This document shows positions 18,005 to 26,500 of a stretch of DNA of 64,000 bases, piece by piece; position 1 is the first letter of the stretch; each line of letters starts with the position of its first letter. The DNA is from Schleiferiaceae bacterium (lineage in GTDB: Bacteria > Bacteroidota > Bacteroidia > Flavobacteriales > Schleiferiaceae), in NCBI GenBank assembly GCA_030829675.1, contig JAURAE010000001.1, forward strand, positions 16,516 through 80,515, read 5' to 3'. The notes below the pieces were generated by a model. The model saw only the letters and a program-made list of their open reading frames with translations. It made no database searches and had not been told where the DNA came from. A program made the translations under genes and the position numbers.

Positions 18005-19687
18005 CTAGAAGCTTGTAGTGAGGGAGAAACTAATACCGTTCGATGGCGGAACCACGCGACATACACCTCCTACACAGAAGATACCGCGTTGCTGACGTCC
18101 ATAAGAAAGTTGGAACCTGCTCGTGCCCTCGGTGTAGACCACAGAGGCTAGCGGGTAGTGCAGGCGCTGCTCTGGATCTGGGTTCCCATAGTTGTAGATG
18201 TCTTGAACGCTGAAGAACCAGTGTGGAGCGATGCTATATTCCAACAAGGCCATGGCCATACTTCCACGATCGTCTTGGGTGTTGAGCCATTGCAATTCGT
18301 TGCGGAGGTAGTGGCGAGACTTGATCTTGTAAAGGCCTTCGAAAATGAAAATATTGGCGTCCAAAAGTTTCTGGTTGTCGAAATTTGAAAGGATGGCCTC
18401 ATCGCCGAGCCCATCTTCTAGTACGCTGCGGTTGTAGAAGAGGTTGAGGTAGGTGGCGGTGTATTTGAAATCCTTATTGACTTTTTTGCTGACTTTCACG
18501 TTGAAGTCGTGGAAATAGGGGATATCACCGCGCAAAGATGGATCGCTGTAGTAGCCTTGTAGGGTGCGAAGGGTATCCTGCGCTGGATCGACATAATCTT
18601 TGTTAATACTTTGCGCGAGGCTGTAGTTCACGCTGAGTAATGTGCCGTATTTGCCGCCGAGTTTGGAGCCGCGCTTGAAGCGGTAATTTGCTTCGAGTTG
18701 TATGCCTTCTTCTCCATTGATTTGAGTGGCATATTGGTAGAGGGCGGGTAGGGCGTAGGTATGAACTTGGGCCGTTGGGCTCAAGTAGTTGATCAGCATG
18801 TCTATGGTGGTTCCGTTGCGGTCGCTGCGGAAACTCATGTTGTCGATGCGCTTGGCCCCTAGGATGAGGCCTAGACCGTTTTTACTGTAGCTCAAGTGTG
18901 TGATGAACCCGTTGCCGTCTTTGTAGATGTAGCCATTATCAGCACTTGGGTCGTTGGCTTTGTAGGCCCACTCCGCATCAAATGCCCATGCTCCTTTGAT
19001 GAGTTGGGTGCGGAATCCACCGGTGGCTACATTTTCTGGAAGCACCAAGAATGGGTCATTGCCGCGCTGGTATTTACTGATGAAAGAGCCGCCTAATGTC
19101 CAGGTGATGTTTTTGTCGGCCAATTTTTGTGAGCGCTCAGTTAAATTGATTTCTGTATCAAAACCGCGAACGACTCCTGGGCTTTTTTCAAAGTAGAAAC
19201 GCTGGCGGCCCAACACTCCTTTCAGGTATACGCCTTTGGCGGGATTTGCTTTAATGCGGACTCCATCCATGGCGTTATCGTAGCCTAGGCCACGTTCTTC
19301 ATAGGAACGGAAAACCATCCCCGAACCGAATTGCTCGTAAAAGCTTCCTACCGTGATGTCGAGGTTATCTTGTTTGAATCTTAAAAATCTGTAGGTGATA
19401 CCCTCGCCGCGATACCCTTCTGGGAAACCGAGCATGACATTCTGGTAATTCTCGTAGCGTAGCCCGGCAGAAAAATCGCCATCCGTATAGACGAAATTTG
19501 CGTAGCCTTGACCTAAGAATCGCTCGTCTGGATAGAACTCTCCAGTGGGGTCAATGTTCTCATCGCGGAGGTACCATTGGCCGTCGAGTTGGAAGTTTCC
19601 ATGGAGTTGACCGCCGAATTGGTCCTGCGCACTTAAAGAAAGTGAGCCTAAAACTATGGCGCCTACGAGAAATTTGTTGCCCATCAT
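18005..19687 (-). CDS. Predicted outer-membrane beta-barrel protein of unknown function (DUF6029-like)
   Basis: Signal peptide ...SLSLSAQ. 560 aa rich in short amphipathic Y/G/N/D segments. C-terminus GISFSLTTSF ends in an aromatic residue, as in OM barrels. Family name is from memory. Confidence 0.55.
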   Translation of the reverse strand: MMGNKFLVGAIVLGSLSLSAQDQFGGQLHGNFQLDGQWYLRDENIDPTGEFYPDERFLGQGYANFVYTDGDFSAGLRYENYQNVMLGFPEGYRGEGITYRFLRFKQDNLDITVGSFYEQFGSGMVFRSYEERGLGYDNAMDGVRIKANPAKGVYLKGVLGRQRFYFEKSPGVVRGFDTEINLTERSQKLADKNITWTLGGSFISKYQRGNDPFLVLPENVATGGFRTQLIKGAWAFDAEWAYKANDPSADNGYIYKDGNGFITHLSYSKNGLGLILGAKRIDNMSFRSDRNGTTIDMLINYLSPTAQVHTYALPALYQYATQINGEEGIQLEANYRFKRGSKLGGKYGTLLSVNYSLAQSINKDYVDPAQDTLRTLQGYYSDPSLRGDIPYFHDFNVKVSKKVNKDFKYTATYLNLFYNRSVLEDGLGDEAILSNFDNQKLLDANIFIFEGLYKIKSRHYLRNELQWLNTQDDRGSMAMALLEYSIAPHWFFSVQDIYNYGNPDPEQRLHYPLASVVYTEGTSRFQLSYGRQQRGIFCVGGVCRVVPPSNGISFSLTTSF

Positions 19688-20190
19688 TAATGGCTTGGTG
19701 TTCTACCTGCAGCAACTTCTTCAACGACTTCTGCCAAGTGCTCTTCGTCTCCGGGCGAATAACCGCTATGCTTCCAAACCACCTCGCCTGCGCTGTTGAG
19801 TACGAGGGTAAAAGGCACGTTCACGATGCCTAGGTTGCGTTTTAGGTCTTGGTTCTCGTCTAGAAGTACGGTGTACTCCCATCCCTGCCCTTGCACGAGC
19901 GGGGCGACACGCGAAGAATTACGGGTATCGTCGATACTTACAGCCAAAACTTTCATGTTTACCTCATCTTCTAAATCGATGGCGTAATCCATAAAGGCAT
20001 TGAGCTCTTTAATACACGGCTTACACCACGTCGCCCAGAAACTGATGACCGTAGGACCGTCGTGGTTGATTTGGCTTAGGATATCTACTTGTTTCCCGTC
20101 TAGGGTCTTCAATGTAGTGCTTGGTAATTCTTGTGCAACTAGAGCGGTAGTGGCAACGAATAGGCTTAGGGCAGTGAATAGGTTCTTCAT
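19687..20190 (-). CDS. TlpA/ResA-like periplasmic thiol:disulfide oxidoreductase
   Basis: Start moved to ATG 20190 (MKNLFTALSLFVATTALVAQ signal peptide). WATWCKPC active site. Stop shares 1 nt with the start of the barrel gene. Confidence 0.85.
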   Translation of the reverse strand: MKNLFTALSLFVATTALVAQELPSTTLKTLDGKQVDILSQINHDGPTVISFWATWCKPCIKELNAFMDYAIDLEDEVNMKVLAVSIDDTRNSSRVAPLVQGQGWEYTVLLDENQDLKRNLGIVNVPFTLVLNSAGEVVWKHSGYSPGDEEHLAEVVEEVAAGRTPSH

Positions 20191-20203
20191 GTAAAGTGTA
20201 TTC

Positions 20204-20232
20204 AAAAAAAACGGGGGACCGAAGTCCCCCGT
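20204..20232 (-). terminator. Rho-independent terminator after the T9SS cargo gene, immediately upstream of the tlpA-like gene
   Basis: Minus strand reads acgggggac-ttcg-gtcccccgt followed by 7 T. A 9-bp GC-rich stem. Confidence 0.8.
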
Positions 20233-20252
20233 AAAAATAACATTTTCTGTGC

Positions 20253-22130
20253 TTAGTGAGCAACGTTCACGCGCAAGGTCTTGCTTACACCGTTTACGTT
20301 TACATTCACGAAGTACAAACCTGCACTTAGTTCAGCAGTGTTCAAGTTCAATTTCTGAACGCCTGCATCCAATGTAGCAGCTTCTACAAGTACTGTTTGA
20401 CCCATGGCGTTTACCATGTTTACAGTTACTTCTGAACGATCCATCAACTCGATTTCAACACCAGCAACTTCGTTGGCTGGGTTAGGGTAGATAGAGATGT
20501 ATTTCGCTAGGTTGTCCATTTCATCAACGCTTGAAGTAGTGTAATCAGCATATGCTGCTTGCAATACTTCGCCATTGGTCATGTCTTGCAACCAAACAAT
20601 GATGTCCATGTTGTTCGCGCCTACCCAGAAATCGAATGATCCTTGAGCTGGGTTGCTGTTCACTGTAATCGTAGAGTTTGCGTAGTGCGTGTAAGTATTA
20701 CCTGCAGTCATAGAGCCCATAGAGTGACCGTTAGATCCGTCCATGAATTTGCGGAATACGTGGTAGAAAGTTGTCTCACCGTTCGTTTGAACGTTGTGTG
20801 AGATTTCTTTTTCAATCATTGCCATGAAAAGAGAAACGTTGCTCAAATCAGCCAAAGCTTCTGCAGTTACATCACATTGAATATAAGTTCCTGTAGCACT
20901 CCACTCAGCACTCAATTCTGCCAATGAAGGAATGGCCATAACGGCATCAATAGCACCTTGGCTGGTTGGGATGTTTGCACCTGAGTATACTACATCTGGC
21001 ACACCGCTAATACTGTACAATGCACGACGAGCAGCGGCTTCAGAGTTGTATGCAGGGTCATTACCTGGAGAAGGCCAGTTCATTTGGTACTTCACACTTA
21101 CGAGCTGAGTTCCTGTAGTGTTCGCGTCATTTGCGTCCAACAACTGCTTGTAGCCTGGGTTAAAGCTCGCACAAGGTGCACAAGTAGAAGAAGTGAATTC
21201 CTCTGCCAATACTACGCGGTCTGCAGTCGCAGTTACTACCTCGATCACAGTGCTTAATGTATCGTTGCCGTTATTTTGGTCATTACCACCGTTCAAGGCA
21301 GAAGCCCAAATATCAACATCATAGTTACCAGTAGAACCTGGGTTCCAGTTGGTGCTGTGTGAGAAGCTGTACGTTCCGTAAGGAGCGATCGACAAACCAG
21401 TAAGGTTATCGGTTACTGCAGTACCACCATTGATTGAGTAGTTCAACGTCAATGAAGAGATTGTTGTACCACCGTAGTTCTTGATGGTTCCCTCAAGAGT
21501 GAAAGGAGCGTTGTTCAAACCAACTGTGCTGAACATGTCCAAAGACTCAACAGCCATGTCGAAGTTGTATGGAGCGAAGATGGCAAAGTCATCAATACCC
21601 AAACCATACAACCAACCGCCACCGTCTTGGTAGTTGAAGGCAAACTGTACATTGCTGCTACCACAAGCAGCACTTACATCGATCCACTGCGAAGTCCAAT
21701 CTGCACCGGGTACGATATCTGCCAAAGAAGTCCATGAAGAACCACCATTGGTAGAGTACAAGAATTCAGCTGCTTCAGTAGCGCCGCTGTAAGTTGCGCC
21801 ATAGAAAAAGCTCTTGAATGTAACGTGCAATACTGAGTAGTTGCTCAAATCGAGCGTATCAGTAATAAGGTATTCGTCAGCTTTGTTACAGTTACAATCG
21901 TCATCATTAGTAGCCAAGATGTTGGATCCTGGATCGCTAATAGTGAAGTACTGAGAACTTACTGAAGAAGCAGAGCCAGCTTGGAAACCACCATCAGTAG
22001 CGTTCGTCACTTGTGACCAACCTGAAGGCATCCCGTTGTTAAAGTCCCACGAATAAATCGTGCTTTGGCCTTGTGCAAATGCAGCTGTTGCAGCGAACAA
22101 GGCGGTCAAGGATAGTAAAAGTTTTTTCAT
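20253..22130 (-). CDS. T9SS type A sorting-domain protein with N-terminal MAM/choice-of-anchor-like domain and an Omp28-like CxxC module
   Basis: Start moved to MKKLLLSLTALFAATAAFAQ. Internal EEFTSSTCAPCA motif. C-terminal YPNPANEVAGVEIE...GLYFVNVNVNGVSKTLRVNVAH matches a T9SS C-terminal domain. Confidence 0.75.
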   Translation of the reverse strand: MKKLLLSLTALFAATAAFAQGQSTIYSWDFNNGMPSGWSQVTNATDGGFQAGSASSVSSQYFTISDPGSNILATNDDDCNCNKADEYLITDTLDLSNYSVLHVTFKSFFYGATYSGATEAAEFLYSTNGGSSWTSLADIVPGADWTSQWIDVSAACGSSNVQFAFNYQDGGGWLYGLGIDDFAIFAPYNFDMAVESLDMFSTVGLNNAPFTLEGTIKNYGGTTISSLTLNYSINGGTAVTDNLTGLSIAPYGTYSFSHSTNWNPGSTGNYDVDIWASALNGGNDQNNGNDTLSTVIEVVTATADRVVLAEEFTSSTCAPCASFNPGYKQLLDANDANTTGTQLVSVKYQMNWPSPGNDPAYNSEAAARRALYSISGVPDVVYSGANIPTSQGAIDAVMAIPSLAELSAEWSATGTYIQCDVTAEALADLSNVSLFMAMIEKEISHNVQTNGETTFYHVFRKFMDGSNGHSMGSMTAGNTYTHYANSTITVNSNPAQGSFDFWVGANNMDIIVWLQDMTNGEVLQAAYADYTTSSVDEMDNLAKYISIYPNPANEVAGVEIELMDRSEVTVNMVNAMGQTVLVEAATLDAGVQKLNLNTAELSAGLYFVNVNVNGVSKTLRVNVAH

Positions 22131-22185
22131 GCATTTGTGTTTTTGAAAGTGGAAATTTAATAAAAAGGAGTGGAATTGAGCATAG

Positions 22186-22215
22186 TTGTGTTGTGAAAAG
22201 GGTTCGTTATATTTG
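22186..22215 (+). promoter_or_regulatory. Putative promoter (-33 TTG at 22186-22188, -7 TAtaTTTG at 22208-22215)
   Basis: 19-nt spacing between the two elements. The -7 box lies 18 nt upstream of ATG 22234. Confidence 0.45.
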
Positions 22216-22233
22216 AGCATTAATTAGTGATTT

Positions 22234-22911
22234 ATGAAAAAAGCCCTATACCTCGTTCTTTTCTCTGCTTTTGCGATGAGTGCGAATGCTCAGTCTCTGT
22301 CTGTTGTCGAACAGGACACCGTAGTGGAAGTTAATTCTACAGCTGTGGCAGATTACGGATTCTATATCAAAGTCAAGAACACAAGTTCGGAAGATTTAGA
22401 GGTGTATGTACGTCGTGCCTATAACAGCCCTACTTGTGCCTATGATAGTGCTTACTTCTGCTGGGATTACTGTTACGGTGCTGATGTCGATAACAGCATC
22501 GGTTATGTAAGTATTTTGGCCGGCGATGAGAAGAATGATTTCAGCGGTCATGTGTACTCTCCATCAACAAGCGCGACTTGTGTTGATAGTACTCGTTACG
22601 TTTTTTACAACGGAAAGGATCAAAGTGATAGTTTGAGCGTTTGGGTACAAATCTCTGCGGGGCCAACGATGGGTACCATAGATGTGCAAATTGCTGCAGA
22701 TAAATTGTATCCTAATCCGGCGCGCAACTATATCACAGTAGAAACGTCTAGGAGTGGCCAATTGGTCATTTATAACACTGTTGGAGCCTTGGTGAAAACC
22801 AAAGCCTTGAATCCTGGTAAAAATGCTATCTCAGTGGCGGAGTTGAGCAACGGAGTGTATCTCTACAGTGTGGACGGTTCGTCGTTCAAAAAGCTCATTA
22901 TTAGACATTAA
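22234..22911 (+). CDS. Small T9SS type A sorting-domain secreted protein, unknown function
   Basis: Signal peptide MKKALYLVLFSAFAMSANAQ. Cys-rich middle part (CAYDSAYFCWDYC). C-terminal LYPNPARNYITVE...GVYLYSV...KLIIRH sorting domain. Confidence 0.75.
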   Translation: MKKALYLVLFSAFAMSANAQSLSVVEQDTVVEVNSTAVADYGFYIKVKNTSSEDLEVYVRRAYNSPTCAYDSAYFCWDYCYGADVDNSIGYVSILAGDEKNDFSGHVYSPSTSATCVDSTRYVFYNGKDQSDSLSVWVQISAGPTMGTIDVQIAADKLYPNPARNYITVETSRSGQLVIYNTVGALVKTKALNPGKNAISVAELSNGVYLYSVDGSSFKKLIIRH

Positions 22912-22930
22912 GATTTTTAACTGAAGGAAG

Positions 22931-22954
22931 GCCGCGCCGTGCGCGGCTTTTTTT
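22931..22954 (+). terminator. Rho-independent terminator
   Basis: Stem gccgcgc / gcgcggc with a short loop, followed by ttttttt. Confidence 0.75.
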
Positions 22955-23016
22955 CGTTAGGGATATACCAAAAGCCTTAAAAATTCGTTTGAAATAGATT
23001 AAGACCAGTAGTAATT

Positions 23017-23598
23017 ATGATCTATTACGTCAAAGGAGAATTTGTACTGAAGAGCGCCACCCAAGTGGTGGTGGATTGCGCCGGAGTGGGCTATGATGTT
23101 CAGATTTCTTTGAATACCTACGCAGATGTTGAACCATTGTCCAATGGTTTGCTCTATACCTACCATTTAGTGCGCGAGGATGCCCAGCAGTTATTTGGGT
23201 TTAGTACTCAGCGTGAAAAGGCATTGTTCGAATTGCTCATCAGTGTGAGTGGAGTCGGTGCCAATACGGCACGCGTGATCTTGAGTTCTTTGGCCCCACA
23301 CGAGGTGGAACAAGCGATTATGAGTGAGGATGCACATACGCTTCAAGGGGTCAAGGGTATTGGAGCTAAAACAGCTCAGCGTATTGTGATTGACTTGCGA
23401 GATAAGGTGGCGAAAACAGCGGTGGCCGGCGAAGGTGCGGTTGCAGCTTCGGGTGGTGCTCGTGCAGAGGCTCATGCAGCCTTAACGACCTTGGGTATTA
23501 CCGCCAAGCAGACAGAAAACATCTTGAACAAATTACTCAAGTCGAATCCAAATGCGACGACGGAAGAATTGGTCCGTCAAGCACTCCAAATGCTGTAA
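23017..23598 (+). CDS. ruvA: Holliday junction DNA helicase subunit RuvA
   Basis: MIYYVKGEF...DCAGVGYDVQIS N-terminal OB domain pattern. HhH region GVGANTA / GIGAKTAQRIV. 193 aa. Confidence 0.92.
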   Translation: MIYYVKGEFVLKSATQVVVDCAGVGYDVQISLNTYADVEPLSNGLLYTYHLVREDAQQLFGFSTQREKALFELLISVSGVGANTARVILSSLAPHEVEQAIMSEDAHTLQGVKGIGAKTAQRIVIDLRDKVAKTAVAGEGAVAASGGARAEAHAALTTLGITAKQTENILNKLLKSNPNATTEELVRQALQML

Positions 23599-26500
23599 TG
23601 AAACGCACCTTGGGTAAACGATTGCATTTCTTTTGGTTCGCCGCAGCATTGTTGTGGGCGGTGCCTTCGTTTGCTCAGGACGCTAACGATACGACTTCCA
23701 CTGGGAGCACGGGTAGCCTTTCTTTACCAGATCCTGCAAATTACCAGCGCGAGATCATCTACGACCCCATTACAGGGAATTATTTAGTCTACAGACGATA
23801 CGGCGATGTGTTGTTTATGACCCCTGAGGTATGGACGACGGATCAGTACCGTCAGTACATGTACAACCAAAGCGAGCAAGATTATTTTGGCAACAAGAGT
23901 GCCTTGTACAACGCCAGTGGCGATAGTCCGCGCGATAATGCAGGTTTAGTGCCGCAGATTCAGACAGGCAACGAGGCTTTGGGCCAGGTCTTTGGAAGTG
24001 ATATCGTGGAAATCCGCCCGCAGGGGATGGCTGAAATCCGCTTTGGTGGAAAGTACCAGTACGTACAAAACCCTGGTATTCCTGTTCGGAACCAAAAGAC
24101 CTTCGCCTTCGATTTTGGCCAGCGCATTCAGATGAATGTAAAGGGTAAAATTGGGGATAGATTGGAGTTGGGCATCAACTACGATACGGAAGCTACGTTC
24201 GCCTTTGATAACAAAATGAAATTGGACTTCGAAGGGGAGGAAGACGATATTATCAAGCGCCTAGAGATGGGGAACATCAACATGCCGCTCAACAGCAGCT
24301 TGATCACGGGAGCGCAAAGTTTATTTGGTTTGAAGGGCCAATTCCAATTTGGGAACACCATGGTCACCACCGTGTTTTCCGAGCAGCGTTCGCAAAGTCA
24401 GAGCATCAATGTGCAGAGTGGGGGAACCACGACCGAGTTCTACATCCAGGGGGATGAGTACGAGGCGAACCGCCACTATTTCTTGAGCCAGTTCTTCCGC
24501 GAACACTATGAAGAATACCTCGAAAACTTGCCGCTCATCACCTCGCCGGTACAGGTTACCAAAGTTGAGGTTTGGGTGACGAACGAACGCAGTGCGACGC
24601 AGAACCTTCGCAATATTGTGGCTTTCATGGATTTGGGGGCGGACGAGCGCTACGCCTACAGAAACGATACGGCGGGCTTGCCTGGGGTGAGCATCTTCCC
24701 GGGAGGGAATGTGAATCTTGAGGGATTCCCTAACAATGCGAACAACAGGTTGGATCCTTTGGTATTAGAATCTGATATTCCTGGGGTGCGAGATATTGCT
24801 ACGGCGAATCAAGATTTGAGCAGCTCTGGATTTTTGGAGGCACGGGAATATGTAGAATTGGCCAATGCGCGCAAATTGGAGCCGAATCAATACAATGTGC
24901 ATCCGCAATTGGGCTATATCACCCTTAACCAAGCCTTGAATCAAGATGAGGTTTTGGCCGTCGCCTTCCAATACACCGCCGCGGGCCGTACCTATCAAGT
25001 CGGGGAATTTTCGAACGATGGGGTGACGCCGCCGAAAACGTTGATCCTGAAGCTCCTCAAGAGTACGGTGTTGGATGTGCGTATGCCGACGTGGGATTTG
25101 ATGATGAAAAACATCTATGCCCTTAACGCGTACCAATTGGACCGCGAGGATTTCTACATGGACATCCTCTACATGAACGACGAAACTGGGGTGCCTATTC
25201 CATTCTTGCCGGACGGAAATCTTAGCGATACGCTGCTCATTGGAGTAATGGAATTGGACCGATTAAATACGAACAACGACCCCTTCCCGGATGGGATTTT
25301 CGACTTTGTGCCTGGGACCACTATTGACCAGCAGCGCGGCCGCATCATCTTCCCAGTGGTGGAGCCCTTTGGGTCGAACTTGTATGAGAAATTGGACACG
25401 GAAAAAGCGCGTGATCGCTATGTCTATCAGGCCTTGTACGACAGTACCAGATTCCGTGCTCAGGAGCAAACCCAGCTCAACAAATTCATCTTGCGCGGGC
25501 AATATAAGAGCGCGAGCGGGTCGGAGATCAGCCTAGGAGCCTTCAATATTCCGCAAGGTTCGGTGACAGTGACGGCAGGCGGGCGAACGCTGACGGAAAA
25601 TCAAGATTACACAGTGGATTACTCATTGGGTCGTGTCCGCATTATCAATGAAGGAGTACTGAATTCAGGCTCGCCCATCAAGGTGAGCTTCGAAAATAAT
25701 ACGCTCTTCAACGTTCAAACCAAGACGTTCTACGGGACCAACATTGATCACAAGGTCAATGAACATTTAAACATTGGTGGGACTTGGTTGCACTTGACCG
25801 AAAGACCGCTGACGCAGAAAGTAAATATTGGCGACGAGCCCATCTCCAATACCATTTGGGGGATGAATACCAACTACAGTGACGAGGCGCCTTACCTCAC
25901 GCGCTTTGTGGATGCCTTGCCGTTCATTGAAACGAAAGAAAAATCACAGGTTCAATTTAAAGGTGAATTCGCCCACCTTATTCCGGGATCCCCTCGCGGG
26001 ATTCGCATTACAGGTGCGGAAACCACCTACCTCGATGATTTCGAAAGTTCTCAGACCACCATTGACTTACGCAGTTTTACCGCTTGGAACTTGGCCTCGA
26101 CCCCTGCCAAGCAGGATGGGTTGTTCCCAGAAAGTTCGCTCAACAATGACTTGGCCTATGGCTACAACAGAGCGAAATTAGCATGGTATATTATTGATCC
26201 ATCCCTCTACACGGGAGGGGCGAGTGTACCGGATAATATTCGCAATGACCCTGAAATCACTTCCGACCAGCGCATGCGTGAAGTCTTGGTGAAAGAGGTG
26301 TTCCCAAATTATAGCTTGAGTACAAACGAGGCGCGCAACTTGGCAATGTTCGATTTGGCGTACTATCCAGCGGAGCGCGGCCCTTATAACTTTGATGTCG
26401 AAGGCTTGGCAGGTATTAGTCAAGGGATTGATTCGGATGGAAAATTGGTCGATCCTTCTTCGCGTTGGGCCGGAATTATGCGTCCGCTACAAATCAACAA

